Below are positions 41,622-50,492 of a DNA stretch of 64,000 bases, in pieces. The notes below the pieces were generated by a model. That model saw nothing but the letters and a program-made list of their open reading frames with translations. It was not told the origin of the DNA and did not search any database. Source of the DNA: Gammaproteobacteria bacterium (ex Lamellibrachia satsuma) (GTDB lineage: Bacteria; Pseudomonadota; Gammaproteobacteria; Chromatiales; Chromatiaceae); the NCBI GenBank assembly GCA_019623805.1, contig CP053680.1:4224423-4288422 (forward strand). Direction: 5' to 3'. The first letter of the stretch is position 1; each line of letters opens with the position of its first letter. Made by a program: the position numbers and the translations under genes.

Positions 41622-41954
41622 ATGGAACCACATACTTTGCTCATCGCGCCTATTGCTCGGGACGACCTAAAATGTATTTATGATTACGGTGTTAGCAACT
41701 GGGGCGCCACACAGGCATCAAGCTACCTGGAAAAACTCAAAGAGCATTTCTGGGGACTGACTAAACAGCCAAAAATAGGTATTGAGCGCGGAAAGTTAAT
41801 GCCCGGCATGCGTAGTTTTCCTGTTGGCAGTCACATCGTGTTCTACCGACTTCAACAGTCTCAAGTAGAGGTTGTTCGCGTTCTTCACTGTCGCCAGGAC
41901 CCCCAACGCCACATTAAATATGTGATTCCTGGATCTGTTTTGACACCACCGTAA
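41622..41954 (+). CDS. parE: ParE/RelE-family toxin
   Basis: ARDDL..IYDYG..NWG..QA..Y, HIVFYR, VVRVLH. Confidence 0.85.
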   Translation: MEPHTLLIAPIARDDLKCIYDYGVSNWGATQASSYLEKLKEHFWGLTKQPKIGIERGKLMPGMRSFPVGSHIVFYRLQQSQVEVVRVLHCRQDPQRHIKYVIPGSVLTPP

Positions 41955-42086
41955 ATGCAGGCAGATTCGGTGGTCGGCACTCAGCCACCAACATCGAGTA
42001 TCAGCACCGAAAATACCATGAGTGGAAACTTGATGAATATAGTTGCTATATAAACTCGTAAACAACCCATACGATACCTTTCCATC

Positions 42087-44870
42087 ATGTCGAAAACAAA
42101 GAAACGTAATAAAGACTCCCAAAGACCGGCCCGGCCATCAGGCTGGTCAACCAGTGACGCCGATGAGATCGAACGCCGTCGTTTGCGCGGTCTGAATGAA
42201 CCATCACGGATTGAATCCCAAGCACCGGACGATAATTTTTTCGGTATCTATCAGGTCGACTCCAACAACGAGCAAACTTACCGTGTAGAGATTCGCTCTC
42301 TTGCAAAACCGATCAACAGCTGCGACTGCCCCGACCACCGCATCAACGGCCTGGGCACCTGCAAGCATATCGAGGCAACACTGTACCGGCTCCAGTACAG
42401 GCGCAAGCGCGCTTTCCAGAATGCTGCTGCCAAAGGCAGTCCATACATCGAAATCTTTCTGGACCGGCGGGACCACCAAGTCAGGGTACGCTGGCCAGAA
42501 GTCGGACATCGCCGTTCCAAGGCTCGGGGCCTCATCACCCCCTTCTTTTCCAACGACAACATTCTGGCGGGTAATCCCCTCGACACACTGCCTGCCATGC
42601 AACGGGCAATTAACGCCTCTCATCCAGCTGTCAGGCGCAGCATCCGGTGGTCACATGAGTTGAATACCTGGCTCGAAACACTGGATCAGCACGCGCAACA
42701 GATCCGCAGCCGCCAACACTTCGAGACCGAGTTAGCAGCAGGAAATGCGAGCCTCGAACTTGTCAAGCACCCTCTCTATCCTTACCAGCAGGAGGGCATG
42801 CTGCACCTGGCATTCACCGGCCGAGCCCTGCTGGCGGATGAGATGGGGCTGGGCAAAACAGTGCAGGCAATCGCCGCCTGTGAGCTGCTGCGCCGTACCT
42901 CGGGCATCCGGCGAATATTGGTGATCTCCCCCGCTTCGCTCAAGGGCGAATGGGAGGAGCAGATCGACAAATTCACCAGCCTGCATTCAAGTATTATCCA
43001 GGGGACGCGCGCCAAGCGTCTGCGCCAATACGAAGACCCTGCATTCTTCTCACTTGCCAGCTATGAGCAGATGCGATCGGACGTAGAGGAAATAAACACC
43101 ACCCTGGCCCCGGATGTCATCATTCTGGATGAAGCCCAGCGCATCAAGAACTGGCAGACCAAGACGGCTATCTCAATCAAGCGCCTGAAAAGCCCCTACG
43201 CTTTTGTACTTACCGGCACACCGATAGAGAACCGCATTGACGAAATCTATTCGATCATTCAGTTCCTCGACCCACATATCTTCGGCCCCCTATTCCGATT
43301 CAACCGCGACTTCTACAAACTGGATGAGAAAGGGCGCGCCGTTGGCTACAGGAACCTCGACCAATTGCATAAGAGACTGCAGCCCATCATGCTGCGCCGA
43401 CGGAAAGAGGAAGTAGAGGGGCAGCTACCGGGTCGCACGATAAACACCTATTTCGTCCCCATGCACAAAGAGCAGGTGCTGCGCTACGGGGAGTACGAGT
43501 CGCGAGTGGCGCGTCTTGCCGCTACGGCCAAAAAGCGGCCACTGAAAAAAGATGAGATGGAACAGCTCCAACTTTATCTGGCCTGTATGCGTATGCTCTG
43601 TGACACACCCTATATTCTGGACCAGGATTGCCGCATTTCACCCAAGCTGAAGGAGCTTGGCAACATCCTCCAGGAAATCATGGCGGATGGCGACCACAAG
43701 ATCATTATCTTTTCCGAGTGGGAGCGTATGTTGCAGCTGGTTCGGGAGCAGGCCGAGGAGATGGGGCTGGGCTACGCCTTACATACCGGCAAGATTCCGC
43801 AGCCAAAACGCCGTGAAGAGATCCGACGTTTCAAGGACGATCCCGAGTGTCGACTATTCCTCTCCACCGACTCAGGCTCCGTAGGACTCAACCTGCAGGT
43901 GGCCGATGTAGTAATCAACCTGGATATGCCCTGGAATCCGGCCAAACTGGAACAGCGCATCGCCCGTGCCTGGCGAAAGCACCAGAAACGCCCGGTGCAG
44001 GTAATCAATCTTGTATCTGAAGGCTCCATCGAACACCGCATGCTCTCTCTGCTAGAGCAGAAACGTTCCCTGGCCGAAGGCGTGGTGGATGGTAAAGGCA
44101 AAAATGAAATGGACCTCCCCTCCGGCCGTGCCGCTTTTTTGGAGCGGATCGATACCCTGATTGCGGGTGAGTCAAAAGAACCACAAACGCCACCCGCCGA
44201 TCCGCTCGATCGTCTGCGGGACGATATTCTTTCGCAGTGGAGCCATCAACTGGAACTGATGGAACTGCATGGTAAAGGAGCACAGCAGACTCTGCTGGTG
44301 GTGGCAGACCGGCTGAATGACGCTCTGCAGAGTGCCCTTACCCGGCAACTGCAAGAACGATTCCCCGAGCAGACGCCGCTATTAAAACTGCTGGACCGAG
44401 ATGCCTTCGCGACCATCCAGCAACTGATCGAAGCCGGCATCTTGAACACCAACCGGGATACTGCCAGAACGGTCTACCGCGCCCCAGCCGCGGATAAACC
44501 AAAAGATGACGAACAATCAAAACGACTGACCGAGGCCCGCAACCGCCTGACCCAGAGTGAACATAAACGGCGAATGGCGAAAGTGCTCACCGAAGGCGGT
44601 TTTTCAACAGAGGCACTCGTCCCGATGCGTGATGCCGTTGAGACGGCCTTGCACGCCCTACTCTTTTGGCGGGGTCACGACACTGAAAAAACGCCAGCCC
44701 AGAAACTGATCGAGTCAACGCTGGTACAGGCGAACCTGCTGCCAGCCGAAACTTTGTCCCTAGTCGCCAATCTGCGGAAGGATCAACCAGAGATGGATGA
44801 AGCTCAAGCGGATAAACTTATCAGACAAAGCGACGAGCTTCTTTCGCAGGCGGCTTCTGCCTTGGCGTAG
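42087..44870 (+). CDS. SWIM Zn-finger-SNF2 helicase with HEPN-like C-terminal domain
   Basis: CDCPD...GTCKHI SWIM; LADEMGLGKT, ILDEAQRIKN, LTGTP, QRIARAWR; tail ...MRDAVETALHALL. Confidence 0.88.
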   Translation: MSKTKKRNKDSQRPARPSGWSTSDADEIERRRLRGLNEPSRIESQAPDDNFFGIYQVDSNNEQTYRVEIRSLAKPINSCDCPDHRINGLGTCKHIEATLYRLQYRRKRAFQNAAAKGSPYIEIFLDRRDHQVRVRWPEVGHRRSKARGLITPFFSNDNILAGNPLDTLPAMQRAINASHPAVRRSIRWSHELNTWLETLDQHAQQIRSRQHFETELAAGNASLELVKHPLYPYQQEGMLHLAFTGRALLADEMGLGKTVQAIAACELLRRTSGIRRILVISPASLKGEWEEQIDKFTSLHSSIIQGTRAKRLRQYEDPAFFSLASYEQMRSDVEEINTTLAPDVIILDEAQRIKNWQTKTAISIKRLKSPYAFVLTGTPIENRIDEIYSIIQFLDPHIFGPLFRFNRDFYKLDEKGRAVGYRNLDQLHKRLQPIMLRRRKEEVEGQLPGRTINTYFVPMHKEQVLRYGEYESRVARLAATAKKRPLKKDEMEQLQLYLACMRMLCDTPYILDQDCRISPKLKELGNILQEIMADGDHKIIIFSEWERMLQLVREQAEEMGLGYALHTGKIPQPKRREEIRRFKDDPECRLFLSTDSGSVGLNLQVADVVINLDMPWNPAKLEQRIARAWRKHQKRPVQVINLVSEGSIEHRMLSLLEQKRSLAEGVVDGKGKNEMDLPSGRAAFLERIDTLIAGESKEPQTPPADPLDRLRDDILSQWSHQLELMELHGKGAQQTLLVVADRLNDALQSALTRQLQERFPEQTPLLKLLDRDAFATIQQLIEAGILNTNRDTARTVYRAPAADKPKDDEQSKRLTEARNRLTQSEHKRRMAKVLTEGGFSTEALVPMRDAVETALHALLFWRGHDTEKTPAQKLIESTLVQANLLPAETLSLVANLRKDQPEMDEAQADKLIRQSDELLSQAASALA

Positions 44871-44913
44871 ACTAAACAAGACTGACACTCAGTATTTTCC
44901 GGAAAAAACACCC

Positions 44914-45246
44914 GTGGCAAAATCGAAACGACAGAGTTCTAACAAGGATCGGCAGTGGGTCTAGGCCAAACGACGCTTCCGCCTCAGCCGGGAGGATATC
45001 CGTATGGCCAGGGAACTGGGCCTCAACCCCCGCTCCCTGATCAAAAACATCCCTTCCCCGACTCAACAGTGGAAGTTACCGGTTAAACAGTGGATCCACG
45101 AACTCTATGAAGAGAAGATCGGAAAAACCCCTGTAATAAAATGCCATGGAACCCAGTCTTTCAAACGCATCAAGCATAATGCAAAAAACCCTGTTCCACT
45201 GAACGCCTCTGCGTTAACACCGGAGAGAAGTATCCCCCTCGTATGA
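44914..45246 (+). pseudogene. Small basic ORF (copy 2) with in-frame TAG at 44962
   Basis: GTG start, W-V-*-AKRR where copy 1 has W-A-E-AKR. Could still yield an 80-aa product from ATG 45004. Confidence 0.6.
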
Positions 45247-45391
45247 TATTCAAAGCAAGGCATGGAAAGAGTAGTTGAACTTTAACTCCTAAAAACTACA
45301 CCGATGACCACATCCGTTCTTTTTACCAGCTTGTATTACAATTCCTCGGGCTTTGTATATTTTTTCCTATGTAATGTAACATTCATACTTA

Positions 45392-46000
45392 ATGACTCAA
45401 ACGACACAGACAGACAAGGTGCTGGAACTGGTACAGAAGGAAGGGGTTCTGCGTCCCCGGGACCTCGAACCTTACGGCATCCCACGGATCTATCTCAGTA
45501 GACTCCACGCAGCTGGTAAGCTGCAACGAATCGGTCGGGGGCTCTACGTGCTTCCCGGTACCAACGTGAGCGAACACCGCTCTCTGGCCGAGGCCTGCAA
45601 ACGAGTACCGAAAGGAGTGATCTGCCTCCTGTCCGCTCTGCGTTTTCACGAGCTCACTACACAGTCGCCCTTCGAAGTCTGGCTGGCCATTGGCGAGAAG
45701 GCTTGGCGGCCGCGTGTGGAGTACCCTCCTCTACGTATTGTCCATTTCTCTTCGGCAGCGCTCAATGCTGGCGTGGAGGAGCACCGGATCGAGGGTGTAA
45801 TCGTGCCTGTATTCACACCAGCAAAGACTGTGGCCGATTGCTTCAAGTATCGAAATAAAATTGGGCTGGATGTTTCCATTGAGGCACTCAGGGAATGCTG
45901 GCGATCGCGGCGCTGCACCATGGATGACCTCTGGCAATACGCTAAGGTTTGCCGTGTTCAGAACGTCATGCGGCCCTATCTGGAATCGCTTGCAACATGA
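45392..46000 (+). CDS. Type IV TA antitoxin, AbiEi family (copy 2)
   Basis: Near-identical to 35165-35773. Confidence 0.9.
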   Translation: MTQTTQTDKVLELVQKEGVLRPRDLEPYGIPRIYLSRLHAAGKLQRIGRGLYVLPGTNVSEHRSLAEACKRVPKGVICLLSALRFHELTTQSPFEVWLAIGEKAWRPRVEYPPLRIVHFSSAALNAGVEEHRIEGVIVPVFTPAKTVADCFKYRNKIGLDVSIEALRECWRSRRCTMDDLWQYAKVCRVQNVMRPYLESLAT

Positions 46001-46923
46001 TGGGTAAACGGGGGAGAAACACCGCGGCCTCGGTGCGGGACCGGTTGCTCGAACTGGCAAGGCAGCGAGGTGAGGAGTTCCAGTTGATCCTGACCCGCTA
46101 TGGGCTGGAACGATTTTTGTACCGGCTGAGCCAATCGGAGTACCGCAATCGCTTCATACTGAAGGGCGCAATGCTTTTCACCCTGTGGGACGACCAGATG
46201 CATCGCCCAACCCGCGATGTAGACTTCCTCGGATTCGGCGACAGCGGAGAAGCGGCACTACGAGAAATCTTTCGCAATTTATGCGACATACCTGTTGAGG
46301 ATGACGGTTTGGTATTCCTTGCTGACAGCGTTAGTGTTGAATCGATCCGCGATGCGACTGAATACGGTGGCACACGCGTGGTACTGCTCGGTGAGCTGGC
46401 CGGTGCCCGCATCCCAATCCAGGCTGATATTGGGTTCGGCGACGCCGTAACGCCTGAACCGGAAGAGGTTGAGTATCCCACACTACTGGAATATCCGACG
46501 CCTCGCTTGAGGGTCTACCCGCGGGAAACTGTGGTGGCCGAAAAATACCAAGTTCTGGTCAACCTGGGTATGGCAAACAGCCGGATGAAGGACTTCTATG
46601 ACCTTTGGATAATTGCTCATCAGTTTGAGTTTGACGGGCTCACGTTATCCGAAGCCGTCCGTAACACCTTTGCACGTCGCCAAACGCCCTTACCGAAACA
46701 AACACCATCCGGCCTTAGTTCAACATTCTACGGTGACAAGCAGAAAAACCAGCAGTGGAATGCGTTTCTAAGTAAAGGAATACTGCTTTCCACCTCCACT
46801 CCCCCATCAATTGAGGAGGTCTGCTATCTGCTTGAAAAATTTCTTATGCAGCCAACACAGGCTCTGGAAGATAACCAAACCTTCACCGGGCAGTGGCAGC
46901 CCGGTGGCCCGTGGAAAATCTAA
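45997..46923 (+). CDS. Type IV TA toxin, AbiEii nucleotidyltransferase (copy 2)
   Basis: Near-identical to copy 1; catalytic motifs intact. Confidence 0.9.
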   Translation: MMGKRGRNTAASVRDRLLELARQRGEEFQLILTRYGLERFLYRLSQSEYRNRFILKGAMLFTLWDDQMHRPTRDVDFLGFGDSGEAALREIFRNLCDIPVEDDGLVFLADSVSVESIRDATEYGGTRVVLLGELAGARIPIQADIGFGDAVTPEPEEVEYPTLLEYPTPRLRVYPRETVVAEKYQVLVNLGMANSRMKDFYDLWIIAHQFEFDGLTLSEAVRNTFARRQTPLPKQTPSGLSSTFYGDKQKNQQWNAFLSKGILLSTSTPPSIEEVCYLLEKFLMQPTQALEDNQTFTGQWQPGGPWKI

Positions 46924-46955
46924 GTTGTGTTGGAGCGACCGACTGAACATCTGAA

Positions 46956-49421
46956 TTGGACCTGACTATGGAGATTTCTGATCGCGAAGTCATTCTTCGA
47001 AAAATCGCCGAAGTCGAACAGCAAATTACCCTTCTCCGAAAGCAGCAAGAAGAATCTGAGACAACACTCAAATCACTGAGGGAATGCCTGGCACTAGGTG
47101 ACGACGAAACAACGCACAAACCAAAACATCCAGCAGAAGTTCCCGTTTTTACAACGACAAGCCTAACACCAGACGAGAAGGTCACCCTTTTTCTCCGCCT
47201 CTTTCAAGGCCGAGAGGATGTGTATCCAAAATTGTGGCAGAACCAAAAAACGGGCAAGAAGGGCTATTCGCCTGCCTGTTCGAATGAGTGGATTCGCGGA
47301 GTATGTGAGAAGCCCCGGGTAAAATGCGGTGAGTGCTCCAATCAGGCCTTCCTGCCGGTAACAACCGAGGTGATTCTGGACCATCTCCAGGGACGTCACA
47401 TCATTGGTGTATACCCTATGCTGAAGGACGATACCTGCCGGTTTATCGCAGCCGATTTTGACAAAGCAGCTTGGCGTGAAGACGTTATGGCTTTTACGGA
47501 AACCTGTCGGCGAGCAGACGTTCCTTATGCCATTGAGCGTTCCCGTTCTGGGAATGGTGCACACGTCTGGTTCTTTTTCAGCAATCTGGTTTCCGCAGCG
47601 ACAGCAAGGAAGATGGGCAGCTATTTTATTACGGAAACCATGGCCAGACGACATCAACTCAGCATGGCATCCTATGACCGGCTTTTCCCAAACCAGGATA
47701 CCTTACCCAATGGTGGCTTCGGCAATCTCATCGCTCTCCCGCTTCAATATCACCCGCGACAGAAAGACAATACCCTCTTTCTGAATGACGAGCTGGAGCC
47801 ATTTCCAGATCAGTGGGAATTCCTCGCATCGCTGGTTCCGATTCAGGTAGAGAAGGTTGAAAAGATCGCCATGGAAGCCACAACCTGTGGCCAGGTGACT
47901 GGTCTCCAGATTTCCATTACCGAGGAAGATGATGTTGATGCCAGCCCGTGGTTGAGGCCGCCCTCCCGAAAACCAAAGCACATTCCGATCACCGACCCCG
48001 TTCCACATCAGGTGCGAGGTATTTTATCCCAACGTTTTTACATCGAGAAAGCCGGCCTACCGTCGCCTTTGATCAATCAGATTCAACGGTTTGCCGCATT
48101 CCAGAATCCAGAATTCTACAAGAAACAAAATCTTCGACTTTCCACGGCACTGACTCCCCGCGTAATCTCCTGCGCTGAAGATCATGGAAAGCACATCAGT
48201 CTGCCGCGAGGGTGTCTCGACGACGTACGGGCATTGCTCCAGGAATACAAAAGCCACCTTGAGGTGGAAGATCTGAGAATCCTCGGCGATCCCGTGGATG
48301 TTAGCTTCTTCGGTGAATTGACCGATGCCCAGCACCATGCAGCGAAAGCCATACTCGAGCACGACAACGGCGTGATCGTGGCGCCACCTGGTTTTGGGAA
48401 AACCGTCCTTGGAACCTACCTGATCGCTGCGCGAATGTGCAGCACCTTGATCCTGGTGCATAGACAGCCGCTGTTGGAACAATGGAGATCACAGATCGGC
48501 ATCTTTCTTGACCGTGATGCAAAATCAATCGGTCAGATTGGTGGCGGGAAACGCAAGCTGACAGGGCAAGTCGACGTGGCCATGATTCAGAGCCTGTCCC
48601 GAAAAGACACCATGGACGACATCGTGGCCAAGTATGGGCAGGTTATCATCGATGAATGCCACCATCTGCCAGCTGTTTCGTTCGAACGAGTCCTCTCCGA
48701 GATAAAGGCACAATACGTTGTCGGGCTGACCGCTACACCGCAGCGCCGCGACGGACACCAGCCCATCACCCATATGCAGATCGGACCGATTCGATTCAGG
48801 GTCGATCCACGTAGTCAGTTAGCGCAACGCCCCTTCGAACATCGACTTGTAGTTAGGGAAACCGGCTTTGGGCCACCCATGCAGGCATCCGATATAACCA
48901 TTCAGGAACTCTACAGCCTGTTGATAGCCGATGAAAAGCGCAACGAGCGGATCATTGATGATGTGCTGCTGGCTATGGAAGAAGGTCGATCACCGATTCT
49001 GCTGACGGAACGCAAAAACCACCTTGAGGATCTCCATCAACGGTTAAAGGGCTTTGTCCGGCATATCGTCGTTCTGCAGGGAGGACAATCAGCAAAAGAA
49101 CGGCGCAAAGTCCAGGAACAACTCGCTTCTATTCCAATGGAAGAGGAGCGCCTCCTGCTGGCAACCGGAAGGTACATCGGAGAAGGATTCGACGATGCAC
49201 GCCTGGATACCCTGTTTCTTTCGCTACCGGTTTCGTGGAAAGGCACACTCGTGCAATATGCTGGGCGACTGCACAGGTTGCATCCTGGTAAGCGCGAAGT
49301 GCGTATTGTCGACTACGTTGATGGCAAGGTGCCAATGCTCGCAAGAATGTATGAAAAACGACGTGTCGGCTATCGCTTAATGGGATACCGAGAAGAGGAT
49401 AGCAGGACTTTCCTCGATTAG
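46956..49421 (+). CDS. AEP-primase-like (TOTE-type) domain fused to SF2 DEAD/DEAH (ResIII-like) helicase, intact
   Basis: CSNEW...C...C.EC Zn region; AADFD, ERSRSGNGAHVW, GNLIALP primase-like motifs; APPGFGKT, DECHH, LTATP, QYAGRLHR. Confidence 0.8.
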   Translation: MDLTMEISDREVILRKIAEVEQQITLLRKQQEESETTLKSLRECLALGDDETTHKPKHPAEVPVFTTTSLTPDEKVTLFLRLFQGREDVYPKLWQNQKTGKKGYSPACSNEWIRGVCEKPRVKCGECSNQAFLPVTTEVILDHLQGRHIIGVYPMLKDDTCRFIAADFDKAAWREDVMAFTETCRRADVPYAIERSRSGNGAHVWFFFSNLVSAATARKMGSYFITETMARRHQLSMASYDRLFPNQDTLPNGGFGNLIALPLQYHPRQKDNTLFLNDELEPFPDQWEFLASLVPIQVEKVEKIAMEATTCGQVTGLQISITEEDDVDASPWLRPPSRKPKHIPITDPVPHQVRGILSQRFYIEKAGLPSPLINQIQRFAAFQNPEFYKKQNLRLSTALTPRVISCAEDHGKHISLPRGCLDDVRALLQEYKSHLEVEDLRILGDPVDVSFFGELTDAQHHAAKAILEHDNGVIVAPPGFGKTVLGTYLIAARMCSTLILVHRQPLLEQWRSQIGIFLDRDAKSIGQIGGGKRKLTGQVDVAMIQSLSRKDTMDDIVAKYGQVIIDECHHLPAVSFERVLSEIKAQYVVGLTATPQRRDGHQPITHMQIGPIRFRVDPRSQLAQRPFEHRLVVRETGFGPPMQASDITIQELYSLLIADEKRNERIIDDVLLAMEEGRSPILLTERKNHLEDLHQRLKGFVRHIVVLQGGQSAKERRKVQEQLASIPMEEERLLLATGRYIGEGFDDARLDTLFLSLPVSWKGTLVQYAGRLHRLHPGKREVRIVDYVDGKVPMLARMYEKRRVGYRLMGYREEDSRTFLD

Positions 49422-49706
49422 CCGTATAAGTCAACGACACAGGCCGCCCCCACCCCGCAGAGGCTCTTGTATCAGTAGTATGGATTGACGAGTTTCAGTG
49501 CCAGAACTTGACGTTGAATTTCCAGCAGAGAAATACAAGAAAATGGAGTGAAAAACTGCCGTCCACGGCTTTTCTGTCCGTTACACGAGTGTCTTCTTTT
49601 GGTTTTTCGAGTGGCAGGAGTGGTTTTTGTGACAAAAAATGCCGATTTTCGCTTAAAGTGATATGGAGATAATGACTATATTCTATTGATTAATAGAACA
49701 ATAAAA

Positions 49707-49780
49707 TGGAGGCTGAGCCCGGAATCGAACCGAGGTCCACGGCTTTGCAGGCCGCTGCATAACCACTCTGCCACTCAGCC
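49707..49780 (-). tRNA. tRNA-Cys(GCA)
   Basis: GGCTGAGTGGCAGAGTGGTTATGCAGCGGCCTGCAAAGCCG...GGTTCGATTCC...TCCA, 74 nt. Confidence 0.97.
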
Positions 49781-49827
49781 TATGAGAGGCTCAGATTCTA
49801 CCACCATTGAGGCGTAGATCTTGAAAC

Positions 49828-49853
49828 AAAAAAGCCTCGGTTTAGCCGAGGCT
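49828..49853 (-). terminator. Rho-independent terminator between tRNA-Gly and tRNA-Cys
   Basis: AGCCTCGG-loop-CCGAGGCT stem followed by a T-run on the minus strand. Confidence 0.7.
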
Positions 49854-49862
49854 CTTTAAAAT

Positions 49863-49938
49863 TGGAGCGGGAAACGAGATTCGAACTCGCGACCCCAACC
49901 TTGGCAAGGTTGTGCTCTACCAGCTGAGCTATTCCCGC
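49863..49938 (-). tRNA. tRNA-Gly(GCC)
   Basis: GCGGGAATAGCTCAGCTGGTAGAGCACAACCTTGCCAAGGTTG...TCCA, 76 nt. Confidence 0.98.
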
Positions 49939-50051
49939 GTCACTTAAGAACGAGGCGTATTTTAACGACACAGGTGCTACTGTCAACCCTTTATCCCTCT
50001 ACACAATAGAAAACAAGGATTTAAGGTCCACTCCCTCTCCATATGGCGAAA

Positions 50052-50489
50052 TCAGTAACGAAAACCCTCACGCACCGGCAGGGTAATAGTAACCAGGCTC
50101 TCACTTTCAACCCGTTTCATATTCTCCACATCTGCATCCCTGGGAATCGAAATACGTTGACTGAAACTGCTCGAACTGCGACTGTAACTGTAGCTACCCC
50201 GCTCATTGCTCCGTTCTGCCTCCTGGCTGGTATCATTACTGATCACCAGGAATCTTCCCTTCACATTCACCTGAACCGCTTGGGGATCGATGTTTTCGGT
50301 ATGGATCCTTACCACATACCCCGCTTCACTCCTGCTTTTCTCGACTCTCAACCGTTGAAAATGGCGAAAACTGGACGTTTGGTAAGGTGATCCCATGTAT
50401 CCCGGATATCCATAGAGCGGCTGGGCATTCGCCAGGAAGGCAAGACTCAGCAACACAGCCAAACTCAACATTGTCAGTAACCGTTTCAT
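50052..50489 (-). CDS. Hsp20/alpha-crystallin-domain protein with Sec signal peptide
   Basis: MKRLLTMLSLAVLLSLAFLANA; GYVVRI...VQVNVKGRFLVIS...FSQRISIPRDAD...LVTITLP. Confidence 0.75.
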   Translation of the reverse strand: MKRLLTMLSLAVLLSLAFLANAQPLYGYPGYMGSPYQTSSFRHFQRLRVEKSRSEAGYVVRIHTENIDPQAVQVNVKGRFLVISNDTSQEAERSNERGSYSYSRSSSSFSQRISIPRDADVENMKRVESESLVTITLPVREGFRY

Positions 50490-50492
50490 CTC

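Larger units (their letters stand above)
40673..49706. mobile_element. Genomic island A (~9.1 kb) integrated in tRNA-Cys; no integrase found
   Basis: Flanked by a perfect 48-bp direct repeat; contains only TA/defence-type genes. Confidence 0.85.
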
